A stretch of DNA of 64,000 nucleotides from Azolla caroliniana (Eukaryota > Plantae > Polypodiophyta), in the NCBI GenBank assembly GCA_043228905.1, contig JBHGNT010000017.1, forward strand, positions 62,001 to 126,000, given 5' to 3'. A model generated the notes under the pieces. It saw only the letters and a list, made by a program, of their open reading frames with translations. It was not told the origin of the DNA and ran no database searches. This document shows, one piece after another, positions 25,401 to 38,500 of this stretch. The position numbers and the translations under genes were made by a program. Each line of letters starts with the position of its first letter. Positions within the stretch are counted from its first letter, which is position 1.

Positions 25401-28400
25401 TGAACATTGTAATTTGCTCACAGGCTTTACTCAACTCCCTCCTCAAATTTGCTAATTTCTTCATGTCTTTCGACCTGTGTTTTAAAATCTTGATTTTTTA
25501 ATTCCATATCAGAACGAGCGTTTTTAGCTTCGATTCCAATGTTTGAACACAAAAATCCGATATCATACGAGCCAGGTATAAACATTTTAATTTTCCTACT
25601 AGCTCTTGTCAACTCCCTCCTCAAATTTGCTAATTTCTTCATATCTCTCGACCTGAGTTTCAAAATTTCGATTTTCTAATCCCATATCAGAACTAGCGTT
25701 GTTAGCTTCGATTCGAATGTTTGAACACAAAAATCCGATATCATACGAGCCAGGCATGAACATTTTAATTTACCTACTAGCTCTTGTCAACTCCCTCCTC
25801 AAATTTGTGAATTTCTTCATGTCTCTCGACCTGAGTTTGAAAATCTTGATTTTTTAATTCCATATTAGAGCTAGTGTTATTAGCTTCGATTCGCATGTTT
25901 GAACACAAAAATCCAATATCACACGAGCCAGGAATGAATGGTTTCAATTACTAACGGGCTCTTTTCTACGACCTTCTATATCATAGCTAGCTTTGTTAAC
26001 TTCGATTCGCATGTTTGAACACAAAAATCCGATATCACAGGAGCCAGGTATGAACATTTTAATTTACCTACTAGCTCTTGTCAACTCCCTCCTCAAATTT
26101 GTGAATTTCTTCATGTCTCTCGACCTGAGTTTGAAAATCTTGATTTTTTAATTCCATATTAGAGCTAGTGTTATTAGCTTCGATTCGCATGTTTGAACAC
26201 AAAAATCTGATATCACACGAGCCAAGAATGAATATTTTCAATTACTAACGGTCTCTCATCTACGACCTTCTATATCATAGCTAGGTTTGTTAGCTTCGAT
26301 TCGCATGTTTGAACACAAAAATCCGATATCACAGGAGCCAGGTATGAAAATTTTAATTTACTAACGCGCTCTTCTCCACTACCTCCTCAAATTTGCTAAT
26401 TTCGTCATGTCTCTGGACTTGAGTTTCAAAATCTTGATTTTTTAATTCCATATCATAGCAAGCGTTGTTAGCTTCGATTCGCATGTTTGAACTCAGAAAT
26501 CCAATATCACACGAGCCAGGTATGAACATTTTAATTTACCTACTAGCTCTTTTAAACTCCCTCCTTAAATTTGCTAATTTCTTCATTTCTCTCGACCTGA
26601 GTTTCAGAATCTTGATTTTTTAATTCCATATCAACCCCCTCCTCAAATTTACTAACGCGCTCTTCTCCACTGCCTCCTCAAATTTGCTAACTTCGTCATG
26701 TCTCTGGACTTGAGTTTCAAAATCTTGATTTTTTAATTCCATATCAATGCAAGCGTTGTTAGCTTCGATTCGCATGTTTGAACACAAAAATGTAATATCA
26801 CACGAGCAAGGTATGAACATTTTAATTTACCTACTAGCTCTTGTCAACCCCCTCCTCAAATTTGCTAATTTCTTCATGTCTTTTGACCTGAGTTTCAAAA
26901 TCTTGATTTTTTAATTCTATATCATAGATAGCGTTGTTACCTTCGATTCGCATGTTTGAACACAAAAATCAGATATGACACGAGCCAGTTATGAACATTT
27001 TAATTTATTAGCGCACTGTTCTCGATTAGCTTTGTTAGCTTCGATTCGCATTTTGGAACACAAAAATGTAATATCACACGACCCAGGTATGAACATTTTA
27101 ATTTACCTACTAGCTCTTGTCAACCCCCTCCTCAAATTTGTGAATTTCTTCATGTCTCTCGACCTGAGTTTTAAGATCTTGATTTTTTAATTCCATATTA
27201 GAGCTAGTGTTATTAGCTTCGATTCGCATGTTTGAACACAAAAATCCAATATCACACGAGCCAGGAATGAATAGTTTCAATTACTAACGGGCTCTTCTCT
27301 ACGACCTTCTATATCATAGCTAGCTTTGTTAGCTTCGATTCGCATGTTTAAACACAAAAAGCCGATATCACACGAGCCAGGTATGAACATTTTAATTTAT
27401 GAACGCGCTCTTCTCCACTACCTCCTCAAATTTGCTAATTTCGTCATGTCTCTCGACCTGAGTTTCAAAATCATGATTTTTTAATTCCCATATCATAGCA
27501 AGTGTTGTTAGCTTCGATTCGCATGTTTGAACACAAAAATCCAATATCACACGAGCCAGGTATGAACATTTTAATTTACCTACTAGCTCTTGTCAACCCC
27601 CTCCTCAAATTTGTTAATTTCTTCATTTCTCTCGACCTGAGTTTCAACATATTAATTTTTTAATTCTATATCTTAGATATCGTTGTTACCTTCGATTAGC
27701 ATGTTTGAACAAAAAAATACAATATCGATAGAGCCAGGTATGAACATTGTAATTTGCTCACAGGCTTTACTCAACTCCCTCCTCAAATTTGCTAATTTCT
27801 TCATGTCTTTCGACCTGTGTTTTAAAATCTTGATTTTTTAATTCCATATCAGAACGAGCGTTTTTAGCTTCGATTCGAATGTTTGAACACAAAAATCCGA
27901 TATCATACGAGCCAGGTATAAACATTTTAATTTTCCTACTAGCTCTTGTCAACTCCCTCCTCAAATTTGCTAATTTCTTCATATCTCTCGACCTGAGTTT
28001 CAAAATTTCGATTTTCTAATCCCATATCAGAACTAGCGTTGTTAGCTTCGATTCGAATGTTTGAACACAAAAATCCGATATCATACGAGCCAGGCATGAA
28101 CATTTTAATTTACCTACTAGCTCTTGTCAACTCCCTCCTCAAATTTGTGAATTTCTTCATGTCTCTCGACCTGAGTTTGAAAATCTTGATTTTTTAATTC
28201 CATATTAGAGCTAGTGTTATTAGCTTCGATTCGCATGTTTGAACACAAAAATCCAATATCACACGAGCCAGGAATGAATGGTTTCAATTACTAACGGGCT
28301 CTTTTCTACGACCTTCTATATCATAGCTAGCTTTGTTAACTTCGATTCGCATGTTTGAACACAAAAATCCGATATCACAGGAGCCAGGTATGAACATTTT

Positions 28401-29300
28401 AATTTACCTACTAGCTCTTGTCAACTCCCTCCTCAAATTTGTGAATTTCTTCATGTCTCTCGACCTGAGTTTGAAAATCTTGATTTTTTAATTCCATATT
28501 AGAGCTAGTGTTATTAGCTTCGATTCGCATGTTTGAACACAAAAATCTGATATCACACGAGCCAAGAATGAATATTTTCAATTACTAACGGTCTCTCATC
28601 TACGACCTTCTATATCATAGCTAGGTTTGTTAGCTTCGATTCGCATGTTTGAACACAAAAATCCGATATCACAGGAGCCAGGTATGAAAATTTTAATTTA
28701 CTAACGCGCTCTTCTCCACTACCTCCTCAAATTTGCTAATTTCGTCATGTCTCTGGACTTGAGTTTCAAAATCTTGATTTTTTAATTCCATATCATAGCA
28801 AGCGTTGTTAGCTTCGATTCGCATGTTTGAACACAGAAATCCAATATCACACGAGCCAGGTATGAACATTTTAATTTACCTACTAGCTCTTCTAAACTCC
28901 CTCCTTAAATTTGCTAATTTCTTCATTTCTCTCGACCTGAGTTTCAGAATCTTGATTTTTTAATTCCATATCAACCCCCTCCTCAAATTTACTAACGCGC
29001 TCTTCTCCACTGCCTCCTCAAATTTGCTAACTTCGTTATGTCTCTGGACTTGAGTTTCAAAATCTTGATGTTTTAATTCCATATCAATGCAAGCGTTGTT
29101 AGCTTCGATTCGCATGTTTGAACACAAAAATGTAATATCACACGAGCCAGGTATGAACATTTTAATTTACCTATTAGCTCTTGTCAACCCCCTCCTCAAA
29201 TTTGCTAATTTCTTCATGTCTTTTGACCTGAGTTTCAAAATCTTGATTGTTTAATTCTATATCATAGATAGCGTTGTTACCTTCGATTCGCATGTTTGAA
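22430..29300. repeat. Nested higher-order repeats with 1217-bp and 2340-bp offsets
   Basis: Composite-monomer ORFs at 23063/24280/26620/28960; also 24635/26975 and 25427/27767. Confidence 0.85.
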
Positions 29301-32300
29301 CACTAAAATCAGATATCACACAAGCCAGGTATGAACATTTTAATTTACTAGCGCACTGCTCTCAACTACCTCCTCAAATATGCTAATTTCTTCATGTCTC
29401 TCGACCTGAGTTTTAAGATCTCGATTTTTTAATTCCATATTAGAGCTAGTGTTATTAGCTTCGATTCGCATGTTTGAACACAAAAATTCAATATCACACG
29501 AGCCAGGAATGAATAGTTTCAATTACTAACGGGCTCTTCTCGACGACCTTCTATATCATAGCTAGCTTTGTTAGCTTCGATTCGCATGTTTGAACACAAA
29601 AATCCGATATCACACGAGCCAGGTATGAACATTTTAATTTACGAACGCGCTCTTCTCCACTACCTCCTCAAATTTGCTAATTTCGTCATGTCTCTCGACC
29701 TGAGATTCAAAATCATGATTTTTTAATTCCCATATCATAGCAAGTGTTGTTAGCTTCGATTCGCATGTTTGAACACAAAAATCCAATATCACACGAGCCA
29801 GGTATGAACATTTTAATTTACCTACTAGCTCTTGTCAACCCCCTCCTCAAATTTGCTAATTTCTTCATTTCTCTCGACCTGAGTTTCAACATATTAATTT
29901 TTTAATTCTATATCTTAGATATCGTTGTTACCTTCGATTAGCATGTTTGAACACAAAAATACAATATCGATAGAGCCAGGTATGAACATTGTAATTTGCT
30001 CACAGGCTTTACTCAACTCCCTCCTCAAATTTGCTAATTTCTTCATGTCTTTCGACCTGTGTTTTAAAATCTTGATTTTTTAATTCCATATCAGAACGAG
30101 CGTTTTTAGCTTCGATTCGAATGTTTGAACACAAAAATCAGATATCATATGAGCCAGGTATGAACATTTTAATTTACCTACTAGCTCTTGTCAACTCCCT
30201 CCTCAAATTTGTTAATTTCTTCATATCTCTTGATTTGAGTTTCAGAATCTTGATTTTTTAATTCCATATCAGAATTAGCGTTGTTAGCTTCGATTCGAAT
30301 GTTTGAACACAAAAATCCGATATCATACGAGCCAGGCATGAACATTTTAATTTACCTACTAGCTCTTGTCAACTCCCTCCTCAAATTTGTGAATTTCTTC
30401 ATGTCTCTCGACCTGAGTTTGAAAATCTTGATTTTTTAATTCCATATTAGAGCTAGTGTTATTAGCTTCGATTCGCATGTTTGAACACAAAAATCCAATA
30501 TCACACGAGCCAGGAATGAATGGTTTCAATTACTAACGGGCTCTTTTCTACGACCTTCTATATCATAGCTAGCTTTGTTAGCTTCGATTCGCATGTTTCA
30601 ACACAAAAATCCGATATCACACGAGCCAGGTATGAACATTTTAATTTACCTACTAGCTCTTGTCAACTCCCTCCTCAAATTTGTGAATTTCTTCATGTCT
30701 CTCGACCTGAGTTTGAAAATCTTGATTTTTTAATTCCATATTAGAGCTAGTGTTATTAGCTTCGATTCGCATGTTTGAACACAAAAATCTGATATCACAC
30801 GAGCCAAGAATGAATATTTTCAATTACTAACGGTCTCTTGTCTACGACCTTCTATATCATAGCTAGGTTTGTTAGCTTCGATTCGCATGTTTGAACACAA
30901 AAATCCGATATCACAGGAGCCAGGTATGAAAATTTTAATTTACTAACGCGCTCTTCTCCACTACCTCCTCAAATTTGCTAATTTCGTCATGTCTCTGGAC
31001 TTGAGATTCGAAATCATGATTTTTTAATTCCCATATCATAGCAAGTGTTGTTAGCTTCGATTCGCATGTTTGAACACAAAAATCTAATATCACACGAGCC
31101 AGGTATGAACATTTTAATTTACCTACTAGCTCTTGTCAACCCCCTCCTCAAATTTGCTAATTTCTTCATTTCTCTCGACCTGAGTTTCAACATATTAATT
31201 TTTTAATTCTATATCTTAGATATCGTTGTTACCTTCGATTAGCATGTTTGAACACAAAAATACAATATCGATAGAGCCAGGTATGAACATTGTAATTTGC
31301 TCACAGGCTTTACTCAACTCCCTCCTCAAATTTGCTAATTTCTTCATGTCTTTCGACCTGTGTTTTAAAATCTTGATTTTTTAATTCCATATCAGAACGA
31401 GCGTTTTTAGCTTCGATTCCAATGTTTGAACACAAAAATCCGATATCATACGAGCCAGGTATAAACATTTTAATTTTCCTACTAGCTCTTCTCAACTCCC
31501 TCCTCAAATTTGCTAATTTCTTCATATCTCTCGACCTGAGTTTCAAAATTTCGATTTTCTAATCCCATATCAGAACTAGCGTTGTTAGCTTCGATTCGAA
31601 TGTTTGAACACAAAAATCCGATATCATACGAGCCAGGCATGAACATTTTAATTTACCTACTAGCTCTTGTCAACTCCCTCCTCAAATTTGTGAATTTCTT
31701 CATGTCTCTCGACCTGAGTTTGAAAATCTTGATTTTTTAATTCCATATTAGAGCTAGTGTTATTAGCTTCGATTCGCATGTTTGAACACAAAAATCCAAT
31801 ATCACACGAGCCAGGAATGAATGGTTTCAATTACTAACGGGCTCTTTTCTACGACCTTCTATATCATAGCTAGCTTTGTTAGCTTCGATTCGCATGTTTC
31901 AACACAAAAATCCGATATCACACAAGCCAGGTATGAACATTTTAATTTACCTACTAGCTCTTGTCAACTCCCTCCTCAAATTTGTGAATTTCTTCATGTC
32001 TCTCGACCTGAGTTTGAAAATCTTGATTTTTTAATTCCATATTAGAGCTAGTGTTATTAGCTTCGATTCGCATGTTTGAACACAAAAATCTGATATCACA
32101 CGAGCCAAGAATGAATATTTTCAATTACTAACGGTCTCTTGTCTACGACCTTCTATATCATAGCTAGGTTTGTTAGCTTCGATTCGCATGTTTGAACACA
32201 AAAATCCGATATCACAGGAGCCAGGTATGAACATTTTAATTTACCTACTAGCTCTTGTCAACTCCCTCCTCAAATTTGTGAATTTCTTCATGTCTCTCGA

Positions 32301-34987
32301 CCTGAGTTTTAAGATCTCGATTTTTTAATTCCATATTAGAGCTAGTGTTATTATCTTCGATTCGCATGTTTGAACACAAAAATTCAATATCACACGAGCC
32401 AGGAATGAATAGTTTCAATTACTAACGGGCTCTTCTCGACGACCTTCTATATCATAGCTAGCTTTGTTAGCTTCGATTCGCATGTTTGAACACAAAAATC
32501 CGATATCACACGAGCCAGGTATGAACATTTTAATTTACGAACGCGCTCTTCTCCACTACCTCCTCAAATTTGCTAATTTCGTCATGTCTCTCGACCTGAG
32601 ATTCAAAATCATGATTTTTTAATTCCCATATCATAGCAAGTGTTGTTAGCTTCGATTCGCATGTTTGAACACAAAAATCCAATATCACACGAGCCAGGTA
32701 TGAACATTTTAATTTACCTACTAGCTCTTGTCAACCCCCTCCTCAAATTTGCTAATTTCTTCATTTCTCTCGACCTGAGTTTCAACATATTAATTTTTTA
32801 ATTCTATATCTTAGATATCGTTGTTACCTTCGATTAGCATGTTTGAACACAAAAATACAATATCGATAGAGCCAGGTATGAACATTGTAATTTGCTCACA
32901 GGCTTTACTCAACTCCCTCCTCAAATTTGCTAATTTCTTCATGTCTTTCGACCTGTGTTTTAAAATCTTGATTTTTTAATTCCATATCAGAACGAGCGTT
33001 TTTAGCTTCGATTCGAATGTTTGAACACAAAAATCAGATATCATATGAGCCATGTATGAACATTTTAATTTACCTACTAGCTCTTGTCAACTCCCTCCTC
33101 AAATTTGTTAATTTCTTCATATCTCTTGATCTGAGTTTCAGAATCTTGATTTTTTAATTCCATTTCAGAATTAGCGTTGTTAGCTTCGATTCGAATGTTT
33201 GCACACAAAAATGCGATATCATACGAGCCAGGTATAAACATTTTAATTTACCTACTAGCTCTTGTCAACTCCCTCCTCAAATTTGCTAATTTCTTCATAT
33301 CTCTCGACCTGAGTTTCAAAATTTTGATTTTCTAATCCCATATGAGAACTAGCGTTGTGAGCTTCGATTCGAATGTTTGAACACAAAAATCCAATATCAC
33401 ACGAGCCAGGTATGAACATTTTAATTTACCTACTAGCTCTTGTCAACTCCCTCCTCAAATTTGTTAATTTCTTCATGTCTCTCGACCTGAGTTTCGAAAT
33501 CTTGATTTTTTAATTCCATATTAGAGCTAGTGTTATTAGCTTCGATTCGCATGTTTGAACACAAAAATCTGATATCACACGAGCCAAGAATGAATATTTT
33601 CAATTACTAACGGTCTCTTGTCTACGACCTTCTATATCATAGCTAGGTTTGTTAGCTTCGATTCGCATGTTTGAACACAAAAATCCGATATCACAGGAGC
33701 CAGGTATGAAAATTTTAATTTACTAACGCGCTCTTCTCCACTACCTCCTCAAATTTGCTAATTTCGTCATGTCTCTGGACTTGAGTTTCAAAATCTTGAT
33801 TTTTTAATTCCATATCATAGCAAGCGTTGTTAGCTTCGATTCGCATGTTTGAACACAGAAATCCAATATCACACGAGCCAGGTATGAACATTTTAATTTA
33901 CCTACTAGCTCTTCTAAACTCCCTCCTTAAATTTGCTAATTTCTTCATTTCTCTCGACCTGAGTTTCAGAATCTTGATTTTTTAATTCCATATCAACCCC
34001 CTCCTCAAATTTACTAACGCGCTCTTCTCCACTGCCTCCTCAAATTTGCTAACTTCGTCATGTCTCTGGACTTGAGTTTCAAAATCTTGATTTTTTAATT
34101 CCATATCAATGCAAGCGTTGTTAGCTTCGATTCGCATGTTTGAACACAAAAATGTAATATCACACGAGCCAGGTATGAACATTTTAATTTACCTACTAGC
34201 TCTTGTCAACCCCCTCCTCAAATTCGCTAATTTCTTCATGTCTTTTGACCTGAGTTTCAAAATCTTGATTTTTTAATTCTATATCATAGATAGCGTTGTT
34301 ACCTTCGATTCGCATGTTTGAACACAAAAATCAGATATGACACGAGCCAGTTATGAACATTTTAATTTATTAGCGCAGTGTTCTCGACTAGCTTTGTTAG
34401 CTTCGATTCGCATTTTGGAACACAAAAATGTAATATCACACGAGCCAGGTATGAACATTTTAATTTACCTACTAGCTCTTGTCAACCCCCTCCTCAAATT
34501 TGCTAATTTCTTCATGTCTTTTGACCTGAGTTTCAAAATCTTGATTTTTTAATTCTATATCATAGATAGCGTTGTTACCTTCGATTCGCATGTTTGAACA
34601 CAAAAATCAGATATCACACGAGCCAGGTATGAACATTGTAATTTACTAACGCGCTCTTCTCCACGACCTCCTCAAATTTGCTAATTTTGTCATGTCTCTC
34701 GACCTGAGTTTCAAAATCATTTTTTAAAATTCTATATTATAGTTAACGTTGTTTGCTTCGATTCGCATGTTTGAACATTAAAATCTGATATGACACGAGC
34801 CACGTATGAACATTTCTATTTACTCACAAGCTATTATCTACTTAAACCCTCATCTGTGCGTTTTACTTTATCTCTCCAGACCTGTCTTTCAAAATTATGA
34901 TTTTTGAATTCCATATCATAGCTAACGTTGTTAGGTTCGATTCGCATGTTTGAACACAAAAATCCGATATCACACGAGCCAGGTATG

Positions 34988-35567
34988 TGTTGGGAAGTTG
35001 ACGTTCCTTATGTCCGTCGCTCGGCCACAACCAAGATTCTTTACATACACAGCAAAACAGGTAATTAAAACGCAACACAAAAGAGGAGAAATGGTGCACA
35101 GGAGGTATACGTGGAAAACCCCAAAAATAGGGGGAAAAACCACGGCAGCCCACAAGCTGCAAACTGTAACTATGCAGAAGTATACAATAGTGAGATCACT
35201 GAGGCAACGACCTCGTGCTCTCAGATCTTCGCCACAGGCGGCGGTTACAACAGAGGCAGGCAACGACATCGTCTCTCTTTCTCTCTCTCTCTCTCTGTAC
35301 AGTTACGCGCTCTGATTTCCTCTTGCACCAACGACAGAAAAGATAACAACTAGAATAACTATGTATATAAAACAACAACACACACGTATAACTAAAAGGT
35401 TTGCCCTAAGTCATATTTTACTAATATGACTTTTCGGCTATTTACAAATGTAGCCTTGATGGGCTCCATCCGGCTCTCCGCAGTCGGGTACTCCTCATCC
35501 GGCTCTCCGCAGTCGGGTACTTCTCATCCGGTTCATACCGGGCCTACACCATCCAACTCTCCACAGT
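34988..35567 (-). mobile_element. Truncated copy of the element B 3' LTR (U3 end missing)
   Basis: ~98% identical to 46663-47210; same left flank and GTATG junction; no CA terminus and no right TSD. Confidence 0.93.
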
Positions 35568-38500
35568 TTCAAAATTTCTTCAAATTTGCTAATTTCTTCA
35601 TATCTCTCGACCTGAGTTTCAAAATTTTGATTTTCTAATCCCATATCAGAACTAGCGTTGTGAGCTTCGATTCGAATGTTTGAACACAAAAATCCGATAT
35701 CATACGAGCCAGGTATGAACATTTTAATTTACCTACTAGCTCTTGTCAACTCCCTCCTCAAATTTGTGAATTTCTTCATGTCTCTCGACCTGAGCTTTAA
35801 GATCTTGATTTTTTAATTCCATATTAGAGCTAGTGTTATTAGCTTCGATTCGCATGTTTGAACACAAAAATCCAATATCACACGAGCCAGGAATGAATAG
35901 TTTCAATTACTAACGGGCTCTTTTCTACGACCTTCTATATCATAGCTAGCTTTGTTAGCTTCGATTCGCATGTTTGAACACAAAAATCCGATATCACACG
36001 AGCCAGGTATGAACATTTTAATTTACGAACGCGCTCTTCTCCACTACCTCCTCAAATTTGCTAATTTCGTCATGTCTCTCAACCTGAGTTTCAAAATCAT
36101 GATTTTTTAATTCCCATATCATAGCAAGTGTTGTTAGCTTCGATTCGCATGTTTGAACACAAAAATCCAATATCACACGAGCCAGGTATGAACATTTTAA
36201 TTTACCTACTAGCTCTTGTCAACCCCCTCCTCAAATTTGCTAATTTCTTCATTTCTCTCGACCTGAGTTTCAACATATTAATTTTTTAATTCTATATCTT
36301 AGATATCGTTGTTACCTTCGATTAGCATGTTTGAACACAAAAATACAATATCGCACGAGCCAGGTATGAACATTGTAATTTGCTCACAGGCTCTACTCAA
36401 CTCCCTCCTCAAATTTGCTAATTTCTTCATGTCTTTCGACCTGAGTTTTAAAATCATGATTTTTTAATTCCATATCAGAACGAGCGTTTTTAGCTTCGAT
36501 TCGAATGTTTGAACACAAAAATCAGATATCATATGAGCCATGTATGAACATTTTAATTTACCTACTAGCTCTTGTCAACTCCCTCCTCAAATTTGTTAAT
36601 TTCTTCATGTCTTTTGTTCTGAGTTTCAGAATCTTGATTTTTTAATTCCATATCAGAACTAGCGTTGTTAGCTTCGATTCGAATGTTTGAACACAAAAAT
36701 GCGATATCATACGAGCCAGGTATAAACATTTTAATCTACCTACTAGCTCTTGTCAACCCCCTCCTCAAATTTGCTAATTTCTTCTTTTTTTCGACCTGAG
36801 TTTCAAAATCTTGATTTTTTAATTCCATATTAGAACTAGCGTTGTTAGCTTCGATTCGAATGTTTGAACACAAAAATCAGATATCATATGAGCCAGGTAT
36901 GAACATTTTAATTTACCTACTAGCTCTTGTCAACTCCCTCCTCAAATTTGCTAATTTCTTCATATCTCTCGACCTGAGTTTCAAAATTTTGATTTTCTAA
37001 TCCCATATCAGAACTAGCGTTGTGAGCTTCGATTCCAATGTTTGAACACAAAAATCCGATATCATACGAGCCAGGTATGAACATTTTAATTTACCTACTA
37101 GCTCTTGTCAACTCCCTCCTCAAATTTGTGAATTTCTTCATGTCTCTCGACCTGAGTTTTAAGATCTTGATTTTTTAATTCCATATTAGAGCTAGTGTTA
37201 TTAGCTTCGATTCGCATGTTTGAACACAAAAATCCGATATCACACGAGCCAGGAATGAATAGTTTCAATTACTAACGGGCTCTTTTCTACGACCTTCTAT
37301 ATCATAGCTAGCTTTGTTAGCTTCGATTCGCATGTTTGAACAGAAAAATCCGATATCACACGAGCCAGGTATGAACATTTTAATTTACGAACGCGCTCTT
37401 CTCCACTACCTCCTCAAATTTGCTAATTTCGTCATGTCTCTCGACCTGAGTTTCAAAATCATGATTTTTTAATTCCCGTATCATAGCAAGTGTTGTTAGC
37501 TTCGATTCGCATGTTTGAACACAAAAATCCAATATCACACGAGCCAGGTATGAACATTTTAATTTACCTACTAGCTCTTGTCAACCCCCTCCTCAAATTT
37601 GCTAATTTCTTCATTTCTCTCGACCTGAGTTTCAACATATTAATTTTTTAATTCTATATCTTAGATATCGTTGTTACCTTCGATTAGCATGTTTGAACAC
37701 AAAAATACAATATCGCACGAGCCAGGTATGAACATTGTAATTTGCTCACAGGCTCTACTCAACTCCCTGCTCAAATTTGCTAATTTCTTCATGTCTTTCG
37801 ACCTGAGTTTTAAAATCATGATTTTTTAATTCCATATCAGAACGAGCGTTTTTAGCTTCGATTCGAATGTTTGAACACAAAAATCAGATATCATATGAGC
37901 CATGTATGAACATTTTAATTTACCTACTAGCTCTTGTCAACTCCCTCCTCAAATTTGTTAATTTCTTCATGTCTTTTGTTCTGAGTTTCAGAATCTTGAT
38001 TTTTTAATTCCATATCAGAACTAGCGTTGTTAGCTTCGATTCGAATGTTTGAACACAAAAATGCGATATCATACGAGCCAGGTATAAACATTTTAATCTA
38101 CGTACTAGATCTTTTCAACCCCCTCCTCAAATTTGTGAATTTCTTCATGTCTTTCGACCTAAGTTTTAAAATCTTGATTTTTTAATTCCATATCTGAATG
38201 AGCGTTTTTAGCTTCTATTGGAATGTTTGAACACAAAAATCAGATATCCTATGAGCCATGTATGAACATTTTAATTTACCTACTAGCTCTTGTCAACTCC
38301 CTCCTCAAATTTGTTAATTTCTTCATGTCTCTCGACCTGAGTTTCGAAATCTTGATTTTTTAATTCCATATTAGAGCTAGTGTTATTAGCTTCCATTCGC
38401 ATGTTTGAACACAAAAATCCGATATCACACGAGCCAGGAATGAATATTTTCAATTACAAACGGGCTCTTGTCTACGACCTTCTATATCATAGCTAGCTTT

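Larger units (their letters stand above)
2438..34987. repeat. 178-bp tandem satellite array, homogenised zone (left part)
   Basis: Head-to-tail monomers with consensus TTCGCATGTTTGAACACAAAAATCCGATATCACACGAGCCAGGTATGAACATTTTAATTTACCTACTAGCTCTTGTCAACTCCCTCCTCAAATTTGCTAATTTCTTCATGTCTCTCGACCTGAGTTTCAAAATCTTGATTTTTTAATTCCATATCA..GCTAGCGTTGTTAGCTTCGA; period 178 (2441->2619, 3322->3500). Confidence 0.98.

Noticed and set aside
34988-35567. Solo LTR from LTR-LTR recombination or an independent insertion
   Set aside because: No terminal CA, no right TSD, and the left flank duplicates that of element B
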